Source: Armatimonadota bacterium
Lineage (GTDB): Bacteria > Armatimonadota > UBA5829 > DTLH01
Direction of reading: 5' to 3'
Length of the DNA: 51,391 nt
Assembly: GCA_039679675.1 (NCBI GenBank)
Contig: JBDKUN010000002.1
Span: forward strand, 1 to 51,391
The notes beneath the pieces are model-generated. The model was not told the origin of the DNA. It made no database searches and saw only the letters and a list, made by a program, of their open reading frames with translations. A program made the position numbers and the translations under genes. Positions 7,869 to 18,010 of the stretch are shown here, piece after piece. Numbering within the stretch: position 1 is the stretch's first letter; every line of letters starts with the position of its first letter.

Positions 7869-8462
7869 TTAAGCGGAGATCTGCGAACGCGCCGATGCAA
7901 CCATATCGAGAAAATAGCGATGGACTCTTGTGTCATCCGTCAGTTCGGGATGGAAGGCCGCCGCAAGGCAGTTTCCTTCGCGCATAAAGACGATGCGTTG
8001 GTCATCCACTTTAGCCAGCACCTTTACACTGCTGCCGGCACTGGTGGCGAATGGTGCACGAATAAATATCGCGCGGATGGGTTCTTTGTCGACTGTTGGG
8101 ATGTTGAGATCAGTCTCAAAGCTATCGACCTGGCGGCCGAATGCGTTTCGACGGACAGTGATGTCCATAAGCCCAAGCCTGGGCTGTTCGCTTCCCTCGA
8201 TATTGCGCGCAAGCAGGATCATACCAGTGCATGTTCCGAAGACGCACATGCCTTCGCTGGCGCGTTTGACTATTGCCTTGTCGACGCCGAACCTGGCCAT
8301 CAGTTTCCCGACAGTCGTACTTTCGCCTCCGGGGATAATCAAGCCATCCAGCTTGTCTATCTCTTCAGGCGTTCTGACAGAAGATGCATGAACGCCAAGG
8401 CGCTCCAGGGATTCGATATGCTTGGCGAAATCACCCTGGAGCGCCAGAACGCCGATTTTCAA
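7869..8462 (-). CDS. pdxT: Pyridoxal 5'-phosphate synthase glutaminase subunit
   Basis: KIGVLALQGDF, PGGESTT, GTCTG, RRNAFGRQ, FHPE; start corrected to TTG 8462. Confidence 0.95.
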   Translation of the reverse strand: MKIGVLALQGDFAKHIESLERLGVHASSVRTPEEIDKLDGLIIPGGESTTVGKLMARFGVDKAIVKRASEGMCVFGTCTGMILLARNIEGSEQPRLGLMDITVRRNAFGRQVDSFETDLNIPTVDKEPIRAIFIRAPFATSAGSSVKVLAKVDDQRIVFMREGNCLAAAFHPELTDDTRVHRYFLDMVASARSQISA

Positions 8463-8478
8463 CTTTTTGTAGACGTTA

Positions 8479-9369
8479 TTACCAGCCACGAGTCGACAGA
8501 AGGTCCTTTTCATCAAGCTGCCGTATGTCGAGACCGGGCATTGCGCTGCCCAATCCCTTTGAGAGCTCCGCGAGCACTTCCGGTTTGTCGAAATTAGTCG
8601 TAGCGTCAACAATGGCCTTTGCGCGCGGCGCCGGGTCTTCCGATTTGAATATGCCGGAACCGACGAACACTGCTTCTGCACCAAGCTGCATCATAAGAGC
8701 GGCATCTGCTGGTGTAGCAATACCGCCAGCGGAGAAGTTCGGGACAGGAAGCCGTCCGGTGTTGTGTATCTCTACTACAAGATCGTACGGCGCACCAAGG
8801 TTCTTTGCGGTGGTCATAAGCTCTTCCTCGGACATTCCCTGAATCCGGCGGATTTCGCTCATGACGGAGCGCATATGCCTGACAGCTTCGACGATGTTGC
8901 CGGAACCTGCTTCTCCCTTGGTCCGCATCATTGCAGCGCCTTCGCCGATCCTTCTCAGCGCTTCACCGAGGTCTCTGCAGCCGCAGACGAACGGCACGTT
9001 GAACTTATGCTTGTCGATATGAAACATCTCGTCTGCCGGGGTAAGCACTTCGGATTCATCTATATAGTCCACGCCAAGCGCTTCGAGTATCTGCGCTTCG
9101 ACGAAATGCCCGATCCTGGCTTTTGCCATAACGGGTATACTTACCGCAGCCATAATTTCCATAATCTTGGTCGGGTCTGCCATCCTGGCTACACCGCCGT
9201 CTTTACGGATGTCCGACGGTACTCTCTCAAGCGCCATTACGGCGGCTGCGCCGGCATCTTCGGCTATTTTCGCCTGCTCTGCCGTTGTGACGTCCATTAT
9301 GACGCCGCCTTTGAGCATTTCAGCAAGCCCGACTTTCGTTTTCCAGGTTGACTTTTCTACTTCAGACAT
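8479..9369 (-). CDS. pdxS: Pyridoxal 5'-phosphate synthase lyase subunit
   Basis: [30 protein letters not shown]; start at ATG 9369. Confidence 0.97.
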   Translation of the reverse strand: MSEVEKSTWKTKVGLAEMLKGGVIMDVTTAEQAKIAEDAGAAAVMALERVPSDIRKDGGVARMADPTKIMEIMAAVSIPVMAKARIGHFVEAQILEALGVDYIDESEVLTPADEMFHIDKHKFNVPFVCGCRDLGEALRRIGEGAAMMRTKGEAGSGNIVEAVRHMRSVMSEIRRIQGMSEEELMTTAKNLGAPYDLVVEIHNTGRLPVPNFSAGGIATPADAALMMQLGAEAVFVGSGIFKSEDPAPRAKAIVDATTNFDKPEVLAELSKGLGSAMPGLDIRQLDEKDLLSTRGW

Positions 9370-9578
9370 TTTAATCCACACCTTTATGAGTTTCCAGATA
9401 CAACTTATATATGATAACAGATTACACGCTGCCAAAGCTAGAGCCGTTGAGGCGAGCGGGCGCAAAGATAATTCCAAGCGGCGTTTTACACCCGCCGGTT
9501 TAGGGAATAGTGTAGCAAACGGCTCATCGAAAGTCGTCCTTGGGTGATCTATAAGACCAACAGCGCGGGGTGCATGCC

Positions 9579-9731
9579 ATGATCACAATATTACTTAGCA
9601 TCATTGGGTTCTTGACTATACTTACGCTGATCTCGGTTTACAGCGCGCTCGTATTGGCGCACAGAACGGACAATCTGATCAACCGTATGCGGAAAGACAA
9701 CTCGGGCGCGAACTGGGAGGCGTTCGGGTAG
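9579..9731 (+). CDS. Small single-pass membrane protein (50 aa), below the ORF-track cutoff
   Basis: Own translation [56 protein letters not shown] upstream; fills an otherwise empty gap. Confidence 0.5.
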   Translation: MITILLSIIGFLTILTLISVYSALVLAHRTDNLINRMRKDNSGANWEAFG

Positions 9732-9811
9732 AACTTATTTATATCGCAATACAGCTATCGGTTGGATTATACCGACCGAGAGATGGGGCATCCGTGTGAT
9801 CCCTACCCCAC

Positions 9812-11341
9812 CTAACGCGGATGTCCCATCTGTGTGTACGGCAGATCCGGCTTTCTACTGCCCCGCATAAGCCCTATCAGCCCCACTGCAAGCGAAAGCC
9901 ATACAAACCAGTCTCCGTATTTCGTATAGATAGTTTTGCCGCTGATCATTGCCAGCTTACCTTGCACAACGGATTTTTTACCAAGCCCTGCGCTTTTTAT
10001 GACCTCCCCGCTGGGTGAGATCAGACTGGTGATCCCGGTCGTAGCATTCCGCGCGACATAACGCCGGTTTTCGACCGCTCTGAACACCGCAAAATCGTGA
10101 TGCTGGGCAGCAGCGGCAGTATTGCCGAACCATGAATCGTTTGTAATAACAAAAAGCACATTTGCGCCGTTTTTTGCAAACATCCGGCCTATCTGCGGGA
10201 AGATCGATTCGAAGCAGATCATCACGCCGATATTGCCCTTTTGGGAATGCAGAATATGGTAGCCGGTTCCGGGGGAATAGTCGACATCCCTTACTCTGTA
10301 ATTGTTTATAAACGGCAGCCAGTTTCTTCCAGGCACGAACTCACCAAATGGGACCAGATGTGTTTTATGGTATTCCCCGATAATCTTCCCTTTGGGGCTG
10401 ATCAGATAAGCTCCGTTATATTCCCTGTATCCGCTGGCTGCATGCTCATCGAGTTTTATATCCTGCCCTCCCGCAAGAATATCAGCGCCGGAATTCCTCG
10501 CGAGAACCGACATCTCATTTTGCAGATATGGAGACGCGAGAAGATAGTCCGGGAGGGCCGACTCAGGCCAGATGATGAAATCCACTCCATGGCCCAGCTT
10601 TTCGGTCATCGGCCAGTAAGTCTTGTATATCTCTTCAGACAGATTATCATCGCGCCAGCGCATTTCGATCCCGCCCTGGACCATTGCAACCGTTTTATCC
10701 GGTATTATTTTGTGATGTGTGATAGAGATAGAGACAGCTCCGCCTATTGCAGTGACAAGGACTACACCGGCCGCAACAGCCAACTGAAGTCTGACTTTTC
10801 TGAAGTCGATGATAGCCAGCGCGATTGCCGTGTTCAGCATCACTATCAGAAACGTGACTCCCCATGGCCCTGTAATGCTCGACACTTGGATGATCGGAAG
10901 CCACCTGGCCTGTGAATATGCAAGGTCTCCCCAGGTGAGACCGAATGCCCCCAGCGACCGCAGATACTCGATTGCGGTCCAGATAGCTGGCACTGTCAGG
11001 ATCGTAAAACGTCCGTGCCGCATTGAAAGTCCCGCCAACAGTGCAAAGACCGCAACGGAAACCGCCTCTACGAGCGCGAGAAGCGCGCATGGCAGGTATC
11101 CGAACAGCGAAATCCAGTAGAGTAGTCCACCGAAGAAGATAAACCCTGTCACAAGCCCTAAAACCAGGCTGCCCACCGGCCTGGTTCGTCTGAGAGCAGC
11201 CAAAAGCGGTACGAGCGCAACCCATGCGAGAGGGTATAGCCCTGTCCTTGGGAATGCGAGAATGAGCATTACTCCCGATAGTATTGAGAGAAGCAAGTTT
11301 GAACGGAACCGTTTGTGATATAATCTCTTATCTACTTGCAT
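9812..11341 (-). CDS. lnt: Apolipoprotein N-acyltransferase
   Basis: Multiple TM helices; WPES, K.HLVPFGEFVP, ICFES, TNDSWFG, RAVENRR motifs. Confidence 0.95.
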   Translation of the reverse strand: MQVDKRLYHKRFRSNLLLSILSGVMLILAFPRTGLYPLAWVALVPLLAALRRTRPVGSLVLGLVTGFIFFGGLLYWISLFGYLPCALLALVEAVSVAVFALLAGLSMRHGRFTILTVPAIWTAIEYLRSLGAFGLTWGDLAYSQARWLPIIQVSSITGPWGVTFLIVMLNTAIALAIIDFRKVRLQLAVAAGVVLVTAIGGAVSISITHHKIIPDKTVAMVQGGIEMRWRDDNLSEEIYKTYWPMTEKLGHGVDFIIWPESALPDYLLASPYLQNEMSVLARNSGADILAGGQDIKLDEHAASGYREYNGAYLISPKGKIIGEYHKTHLVPFGEFVPGRNWLPFINNYRVRDVDYSPGTGYHILHSQKGNIGVMICFESIFPQIGRMFAKNGANVLFVITNDSWFGNTAAAAQHHDFAVFRAVENRRYVARNATTGITSLISPSGEVIKSAGLGKKSVVQGKLAMISGKTIYTKYGDWFVWLSLAVGLIGLMRGSRKPDLPYTQMGHPR

Positions 11342-11359
11342 AAAACTTCTGGTGCTGCT

Positions 11360-12043
11360 ATGAACATAAAAAGGTTTGTTCTGATAATACCAATGATCGC
11401 GCTGCTTTCATCTCTCATTGCAGGCTGCGCCAAGTCACCGGAGGGCGTAGTATCTTCAGGCACTCGCTTGATCATTACCATGACCGTTGCCGGAGAGATA
11501 AACCCCAACTACCATTACTACGTTGCTTTCGACACAACCGGCACATCCACTCCCGGTCCGCTGCCTGTCGTCGCTCCTCCGTGGGGCAACGGGTGGGGCA
11601 CCGGCAATATTACGCATTACGTAGTCTACGATGCGCTGCAGCCGCAGGGCGGATACGGAGTTTACCGTATTCCTTCCGGTACGGACCTGCTCGGCAGCGT
11701 GTATGTCGGCCCGCCGGTCTCGGTATCCATTCCGCCGTCCGGATCCAATAAGCTGCAGTTTACAGTCGATCTATCTCAGTTGGCTAGTACAGAGATACCC
11801 GCCGATAACATTGACGTAATCAACATCAATTTTATCACAACGGACAAAATACCGCTCGATCCGAACACGCCTGTGCAGAAATACTACGACGGGTTGGGAC
11901 AAACCGGCAACAACTTCATCCAGATATCCGTAAATACCAATCAAACGTATTCAAACTCGACAGCAGATATAGAGGACAAGGGGGATGTGCCTCTGCCGGA
12001 CCTGGACATAACCGACTGGTCGGTAGAAGTACAGAGACGCTGA
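11360..12043 (+). CDS. Hypothetical lipoprotein
   Basis: Signal peptide ending in the lipobox LIAG-C; beta-rich mature region. Confidence 0.75.
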   Translation: MNIKRFVLIIPMIALLSSLIAGCAKSPEGVVSSGTRLIITMTVAGEINPNYHYYVAFDTTGTSTPGPLPVVAPPWGNGWGTGNITHYVVYDALQPQGGYGVYRIPSGTDLLGSVYVGPPVSVSIPPSGSNKLQFTVDLSQLASTEIPADNIDVININFITTDKIPLDPNTPVQKYYDGLGQTGNNFIQISVNTNQTYSNSTADIEDKGDVPLPDLDITDWSVEVQRR

Positions 12044-12169
12044 TTCTGGAGTCCGTTCGCAAGTATCCTGAAAGCTGCAAGCCGCCGTTTGTGATATAAT
12101 AAAGCATAAGAATCATTTGGGCGCCTCGTATGAACGAGCCGGGGCGCTCTTTTTATTGTGAGGAGAACC

Positions 12170-13780
12170 TTGTCCGAAAGTATCAATCCGGAAGTCCGCA
12201 GGCGGCGGACATTTGCGATCATATCCCATCCTGACGCGGGAAAAACAACTTTAACAGAGAAACTGCTCCTTTATTCGGGCGCAATCGACCTTGCCGGTTC
12301 GGTGCGCGCAAAGAAGGACCAGCGCCATGCCACGTCCGACTGGATGGAACTGGAGCGCCAGAGGGGGATTTCCGTCACCTCCACCGTGCTTCAGTTCGAT
12401 TATGACGGCTATTTCCTGAACCTGCTCGATACTCCCGGACACGAAGATTTCAGCGAAGATACATACCGCACCCTCACCGCGGCAGATAACGCCGTAATGC
12501 TGATAGACGCTGCAAAAGGTATCGAGCCGCAGACCAGAAAGCTATTTGAAGTCTGCCGGATGCGCGGTATCCCCATTTTTACATTTATCAACAAGATGGA
12601 CCATCCCAGCCGTGACCCGCTCGACCTTCTGGATGAGCTCGAAAAGGTCTTCGGCATCGGCACGTTTGCCATGAACTGGCCGCTGGGCAGCGGGAGCACC
12701 TTTAAGGGTGTTTATGATAGGAGAGTAGGGAAAATGCACCTGTTCGAGCGGACGGAGCACGGCGCGAAGAAGGCTCCTGTCCTTGTTACCGCTCCCGACA
12801 GCCCTGAGTGCGCAGCGCTTGTCGATAAACAAACTCATGAGCAGTTTTTGGAAGAGATGGAGCTCCTTGAGATGGCAGGTGAGGAGTTCGATCAGGATTT
12901 GATGCGAAGCGGCAAGCTCACTCCCGTCTATTTCGGAAGCGCGATCAACAATTTCGGCGTAAGGCTCTTTCTGGATTCGTTCCTGAAGCTTGCGTCACCG
13001 CCCGGAACACGTCCGACGGCAGATGGAGAAGTGGAACCGGACCAGCCGGGCTTTACAGGCTTCGTTTTCAAGATTCAGGCGAATATGGACCCCAAGCACA
13101 GGGACAGCGTCGCGTTCCTAAGGGTCTGCTCAGGCAAGTTCGAGAAGGACATGCAGGTCTACCACTCCCGGCTGAAGACTAAAATGCGGCTCTCCAGACC
13201 GCATAAGCTCTTTGCAAGAGACAGGGACACCGTAGAAGAGGCATATCCGGGCGATATTCTGGGGCTCGTCAATCCCGGATCGTTCGCAATAGGCGATTCC
13301 GTCAGCGCGAACGGCCCGGTGCAGTTTGAAGGGATTCCAAGGTTCGCGCCGGAGCATTTCGGCGTTCTAAGAAGCCCTGACCCGTCGAGCTATAAGAAGT
13401 TCCGCAAGGGCGTAGAACAGCTTATGCAGGAAGGCGCGGTGCAGGTTTTCTATCCTGCCGGAGCGGGAACGACCAGCGAGCCGATTCTGGCTGTCGTAGG
13501 CAAGCTCCAGTTCGATGTCGTCCAGTTCAGGCTGAAGTCCGAGTATTCCGTCGATACATTACTCGACCGGATGGACATCAAATTCGCCAGGTGGGTCAAA
13601 GGTAGCGAAAAAGACCTCGCCAGCATCACCGTTCCGAGTGGATGCAGGATTGTGGAAGACCCCGAAGGACGGAAAGCAGTGCTTCTCGACGGCAACTGGG
13701 CGCTCGGCTACGTCAAAGAGAAAAACCCCGGCCTGGAGTTCTTTGAAGTAGCTCCGCCGCTTGGGGCTTATACGAAATAA
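12170..13780 (+). CDS. prfC: Peptide chain release factor 3
   Basis: RRTFAIISHPDAGKTTLTEK, DTPGHEDFSEDTYR, FKIQANMDP; TTG start after GAGGAG. Confidence 0.97.
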   Translation: MSESINPEVRRRRTFAIISHPDAGKTTLTEKLLLYSGAIDLAGSVRAKKDQRHATSDWMELERQRGISVTSTVLQFDYDGYFLNLLDTPGHEDFSEDTYRTLTAADNAVMLIDAAKGIEPQTRKLFEVCRMRGIPIFTFINKMDHPSRDPLDLLDELEKVFGIGTFAMNWPLGSGSTFKGVYDRRVGKMHLFERTEHGAKKAPVLVTAPDSPECAALVDKQTHEQFLEEMELLEMAGEEFDQDLMRSGKLTPVYFGSAINNFGVRLFLDSFLKLASPPGTRPTADGEVEPDQPGFTGFVFKIQANMDPKHRDSVAFLRVCSGKFEKDMQVYHSRLKTKMRLSRPHKLFARDRDTVEEAYPGDILGLVNPGSFAIGDSVSANGPVQFEGIPRFAPEHFGVLRSPDPSSYKKFRKGVEQLMQEGAVQVFYPAGAGTTSEPILAVVGKLQFDVVQFRLKSEYSVDTLLDRMDIKFARWVKGSEKDLASITVPSGCRIVEDPEGRKAVLLDGNWALGYVKEKNPGLEFFEVAPPLGAYTK

Positions 13781-13796
13781 GACATACATAATCATC

Positions 13797-13830
13797 AAAA
13801 GCTCCCTGAAGCCAATTTGGGGAGCTTTTT
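13797..13830 (+). terminator. Intrinsic terminator after prfC
   Basis: AAAAGCTCCC...GGGAGCTTTT. Confidence 0.65.
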
Positions 13831-13877
13831 GTTTTGCTGGGTATCCTCCTGATAGATTATGAGGAGGTGGCTTCAAG

Positions 13878-14633
13878 ATGAGCCGAAAAAAAGTGCTGAT
13901 TACCGGCGCGGCCGGATATATAGGGACATTCCTAAGAAAAGCGTGGAAAGACAGATACGACCTTGTGCTTCTGGACCGTAAGGAGATCAACGAACCCGGC
14001 GATGCGGAGGTCATAATCGGCGATATAAGGGATGTAGATGCCGTCCGAAACGCATGTAAGGATGTGCATACCGTCGCCCATCTTGCCGCAATCGCTGACT
14101 ACCGGGCAGATTTCTGTAAGGAAGTGCTCCCGATGAACATAATCGGCACGCATAACGTCTTTCAGGCTGCATCCGAAGCAGGAGTGAAGCGGATAATCTT
14201 TGCATCCAGCATCCACGCTGTGGGGGCTTATCCGGCGGATGTTCAGGTGAAGTGGGATATGCCGGTGCGTCCGTGTTGCGAATATGGGGCGAGCAAGTGT
14301 TACGGTGAAGCTCTCGGACGCTATTTTTCCGACCGGCATGGCATTTCAGTGCTTGTGATTAGAATCGGCGGCGTCCACGGACACAATACTCATAATCCTC
14401 ACCCAGATGCGTCGAGAGTGGATATAGGCGTGAGCGAGGCAGACCTTACCCAGCTTATAACCAAATGTGTTGAAGCGCCGGAAGACATTCAATTTGACAT
14501 TTACCATGGAATTTCAGCTAATCGAATCAAAAGGCTCGATATTAGCCACACCCGCGAAGTACTTGGCTATGAACCCCAGGACGAAGCAGGGGAAGAGTTC
14601 GGAATCCCCGAAACAAAACCCGTGCATTCGTAA
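13878..14633 (+). CDS. NAD-dependent epimerase/dehydratase (uronate dehydrogenase-like)
   Basis: ITGAAGYIG, FASSIHAVG, YGASK motifs. Confidence 0.85.
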   Translation: MSRKKVLITGAAGYIGTFLRKAWKDRYDLVLLDRKEINEPGDAEVIIGDIRDVDAVRNACKDVHTVAHLAAIADYRADFCKEVLPMNIIGTHNVFQAASEAGVKRIIFASSIHAVGAYPADVQVKWDMPVRPCCEYGASKCYGEALGRYFSDRHGISVLVIRIGGVHGHNTHNPHPDASRVDIGVSEADLTQLITKCVEAPEDIQFDIYHGISANRIKRLDISHTREVLGYEPQDEAGEEFGIPETKPVHS

Positions 14634-14673
14634 AAAGGGACCTCTTTATGGCCGAAAGTCCCATCCTATTGAT

Positions 14674-15552
14674 TCATCTCAGTGGCATATAGAGGTCCAG
14701 CTTCATGTTGTGCCCTTGACCGTCGCCGAAGTCCAGGTGTTCCTCCAGCCACTGATGGCTGCCAAGCGAATAGGGGCTGGATTTTAGCCAGGCAGACAGT
14801 CGCTGCCATGAGTCTACAATGGAATCGCCGTCTTTTGCGTTGATGGTCATTACTGCATATTTACCGCCAGACACTACCTTAGCGCCGATCCGTTCATCAG
14901 TTACACTGAAGTCATCATCAATTGTGACCCACATTTCATACCCATATTCACTGACGCCGGGAATATAATCAGCAGGTGGGTTAGGGTTGTTGAAGCCGAA
15001 ATACCTGGTTTTTGCCTGGTCAGCATCCAGTCCGGCTTTTTTTACCCATTCGCGTACTACGGCAATTGCGTCGACTTCAGGGCTGCTGCTTATATGGCGG
15101 TAAAAGGCCACGCGCATCGGGCCGAGTTCCTTCAGCACCTTAATATCAGGATACTCGGCTGCAAGCTGGGGGTCTTGTTGTTCGAAATACATCTCCATAA
15201 CATTCATCCTCTCAATGCGAAATGCGGTACGTTGGCGCCGGCAAGCCATCGGAGTCTGCCCTGTAAGCTGCTTGAATGTCCGGGTAAAAGCCTCATGGCT
15301 TTCGAACATATAGTCGAGCGCAATGTCCAGAATCCGGCAGTCTGTTGCAATCAACGCTTGCACAGCTTCGCTGATGCGCCGTGCACGGATATATTCCTTC
15401 ACCCGGTAACCTGTTATCGAGAAAAACATCCGGTACAGGCTGGACAGCGACATGCAGGCCTGCGAGGCGACATGCTGCAGCTCAATATCATCCCGCAGGT
15501 GGTCCTCAATGTAATCTATGGATTGTTGTATACGCTCGTAATAATTCATCAT
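14674..15552 (-). CDS. AraC-family regulator with GyrI-like effector-binding domain
   Basis: N-terminal double HTH (IDYIEDHL...YIRARRI...FESHEAFTRTFK) and C-terminal GGKYAV...LDLYMPL domain. Confidence 0.9.
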   Translation of the reverse strand: MMNYYERIQQSIDYIEDHLRDDIELQHVASQACMSLSSLYRMFFSITGYRVKEYIRARRISEAVQALIATDCRILDIALDYMFESHEAFTRTFKQLTGQTPMACRRQRTAFRIERMNVMEMYFEQQDPQLAAEYPDIKVLKELGPMRVAFYRHISSSPEVDAIAVVREWVKKAGLDADQAKTRYFGFNNPNPPADYIPGVSEYGYEMWVTIDDDFSVTDERIGAKVVSGGKYAVMTINAKDGDSIVDSWQRLSAWLKSSPYSLGSHQWLEEHLDFGDGQGHNMKLDLYMPLR

Positions 15553-15802
15553 CCGTGTCCGCTGAGGATATTATATACGGTCACCGTAATGGGTATTTGA
15601 TATTTCTTACAATTGTGAGGATAGCGCATAAATCTGCCTAATATCAACCTCTGCTAATTTGATATTTACTGGCTAAGACGGTATAGTATCATCTGGAGAA
15701 AAACATGAATCCCTGAAATAACGGATTTATCCAGATAGAACTGTAGAACGGGGGAGAGTATCGGTTGCAGGTGGGGATCACCAGTTACCGTGTACATCTA
15801 AT

Positions 15803-17209
15803 ATGAACATGACTACTGATTATTTTGTAAAAGATATTAACCTGGCGGACTTCGGCCGCAAGGAAATTAACATGGCCGAAAAAGAGATGCCGGGCCTTAT
15901 GGCAACACGGGAGAAATACGGCCCGCAGAAGCCGCTTAAAGGCGCAAGGGTTATGGGCTCGCTGCACATGACCATCCAGACAGCGGTCCTGATCGAGACT
16001 CTGGTGGAACTCGGCGCAGACGTCCGATGGGTAACCTGCAATATATTCTCCACCCAGGACCACGCCGCGGCCGCAGTCGCACAGGCAGGCGTCCCGGTGT
16101 TCGCTTACAAGGGCGAATCTCTGGAAGAGTATTGGGATTTCACCAAAAAAGCTTTGACATGGCCGGACGGTGAAGGCCCGACACTCATCGTGGACGACGG
16201 CGGCGATGCGACTCTTATACTCCATCGCGGTTATTACGCCGAAAACGACCCCAAGATTTTAGACGAGCCGACAGACAACAAAGAGCTCAAAATCATAAAC
16301 GAAGTTATCAAGAAGTCGCTTGCGAGCGATCCCACGTTCTTCCACAGAGTCGTTAAGAACCTCAAGGGCGTGTCCGAAGAGACGACCACAGGCGTTCACA
16401 GGCTCTACCAGATGATGGAAAGAGGCGAACTGCTCTTCCCTGCGATCAACGTAAACGACTCCGTCACCAAGAGCAAGTTCGACAACATTTACGGCTGCCG
16501 CGAGTCACTCGTCGACGGCATCAAGCGCGCAACCGATGTTATGATTTCCGGCAAGATCGCTCTTATCTGCGGTTACGGCGATGTGGGCAAAGGCTCCGCC
16601 GAATCGCTCGCAGGCCAGAAAGCACGAATCTGGATCACTGAAATAGACCCGATCTGTGCGCTGCAGGCCTGCATGGCTGGTTACACGGTGACTACGGTCG
16701 AAGATGCACTTCCTTATGCCGACATTTATGTTACGGCGACAGGAAACTGCGATATTCTTACCGCGGAGCATATGTCCAAGATGAAGGACCAGGCGATTGT
16801 CTGCAATATCGGGCACTTCGACAACGAAATTCAGGTGGACGCGCTCATGAACTGGCCTGGAATCAAGCATGTAAACATAAAGCCGCAGGTGGACGCCTTC
16901 ACATTCCCCGACGGGCATACGATTTACCTGCTTGCCGAAGGGCGACTCATCAACCTGGGCTGCGCGACAGGCCATCCGAGCTTCGTTATGTCGAACAGCT
17001 TCACAAACCAGACTCTTGCACAGATGGATCTCTGGCAGAACAAGCATGAGATAGGTGTATACATGCTGAGTAAGAAGCTGGATGAGGAAGTAGCAATGCT
17101 TCACCTGGGCAAGCTGGGAGCCAAGCTCACCAAACTTTCCAAAAAACAGGCTGATTACATCGGAGTGCCGCAGGAAGGCCCATACAAGGCCGAGTTCTAC
17201 AGATACTAA
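15803..17209 (+). CDS. ahcY: Adenosylhomocysteinase
   Basis: [43 protein letters not shown]. Confidence 0.98.
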   Translation: MNMTTDYFVKDINLADFGRKEINMAEKEMPGLMATREKYGPQKPLKGARVMGSLHMTIQTAVLIETLVELGADVRWVTCNIFSTQDHAAAAVAQAGVPVFAYKGESLEEYWDFTKKALTWPDGEGPTLIVDDGGDATLILHRGYYAENDPKILDEPTDNKELKIINEVIKKSLASDPTFFHRVVKNLKGVSEETTTGVHRLYQMMERGELLFPAINVNDSVTKSKFDNIYGCRESLVDGIKRATDVMISGKIALICGYGDVGKGSAESLAGQKARIWITEIDPICALQACMAGYTVTTVEDALPYADIYVTATGNCDILTAEHMSKMKDQAIVCNIGHFDNEIQVDALMNWPGIKHVNIKPQVDAFTFPDGHTIYLLAEGRLINLGCATGHPSFVMSNSFTNQTLAQMDLWQNKHEIGVYMLSKKLDEEVAMLHLGKLGAKLTKLSKKQADYIGVPQEGPYKAEFYRY

Positions 17210-17227
17210 TATATTAGAAGACTTCAC

Positions 17228-17261
17228 AAAAAGGGGCCGGTCGTAAGACCGGCCCCTTTTT
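17228..17261. terminator. Bidirectional intrinsic terminator
   Basis: AAAAAGGGGCCGGTC-GTAA-GACCGGCCCCTTTTT. Confidence 0.9.
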
Positions 17262-17276
17262 TATATCGCTTTATTA

Positions 17277-17900
17277 CTATGCTAAGTCACTGCTCTTATC
17301 GGTGCATGACGAAATCCATCTGTCGAAGCTATCCGCAAGTTTGACAATGGTGGCGTAGTTAAAATCGTCCATCATGTGCTGCAAGTCCGGGTGATTTGGA
17401 GTATTTACGATCTCTTCTGCGTTTGGATAACGGCGTCTTACCTCATCGAGACGCTGCTCAAAGAAGGGTTTACACCATGGATACTGCCAATACCAGTCCC
17501 AGTAGTAGATTTGGCCAAAGTCATTTTCACTGAGTGAAATACAGACCAGGCTGCCCTGTACGCATCGGGTGATTGCTATGATATTACGCGGAAGAAACTG
17601 TTCTGCCTTGTGAGCGGCGGCCATTTTCAACAAATCTGCTGGCCAGTTTCCTCCTTCAGTCGTGGTGGGAATACCGAAGAACTCCACTGGGCAATCATCG
17701 CGTGAAGGATTATCGACTTTGTCGGTCTTGAATGGAACACCTGTCAAAAAAGTGTATTTGAATTCTGGAATGAAACCTCCGTTATGGATGGAGAGGAACC
17801 GGCGATAGGCCGTCGGCAATGCTTGGAAGAAGTTCCAAACATCGCTACTGGTATTTGTCTGGGCAGGTACGGGATACGAACCAGTAATATTTATCTCCAT
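17277..17900 (-). CDS. SMI1/KNR4-family protein (immunity-like)
   Basis: LPTAYRRFLSIHNGG, VCISLS...GQIYYWD, LADSFDRWI. Confidence 0.75.
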   Translation of the reverse strand: MEINITGSYPVPAQTNTSSDVWNFFQALPTAYRRFLSIHNGGFIPEFKYTFLTGVPFKTDKVDNPSRDDCPVEFFGIPTTTEGGNWPADLLKMAAAHKAEQFLPRNIIAITRCVQGSLVCISLSENDFGQIYYWDWYWQYPWCKPFFEQRLDEVRRRYPNAEEIVNTPNHPDLQHMMDDFNYATIVKLADSFDRWISSCTDKSSDLA

Positions 17901-17926
17901 AATTTTCTCCGTTTCGTATGTATTTA

Positions 17927-18010
17927 CTATCTGTTGGTTACCTTCACCGTCACAATCTCCTTCGCTTTCATGGACAACTGCATTTTGCCGCCAGCTATCT
18001 TAATCTGCTC
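17927..18010 (-). pseudogene. Orphan 3'-end remnant of the GH38 mannosidase gene (27 codons plus stop)
   Basis: Encodes EQIKIAGGKMQLSMKAKEIVTVKVTNR* versus the real C-terminus EPLNVADGKMQVDVKAKELVTVKVER*; 42/50 nt identical by hand count (17940-17989 vs 19100-19149). Confidence 0.75.

Noticed and set aside
15660..15802. Possible SAH/SAM riboswitch upstream of ahcY
   Set aside because: Only a weak ATCTGGA/TCCAGAT hairpin; no SAM-I, SAH or SAM-SAH consensus recognised. cmscan would settle it.
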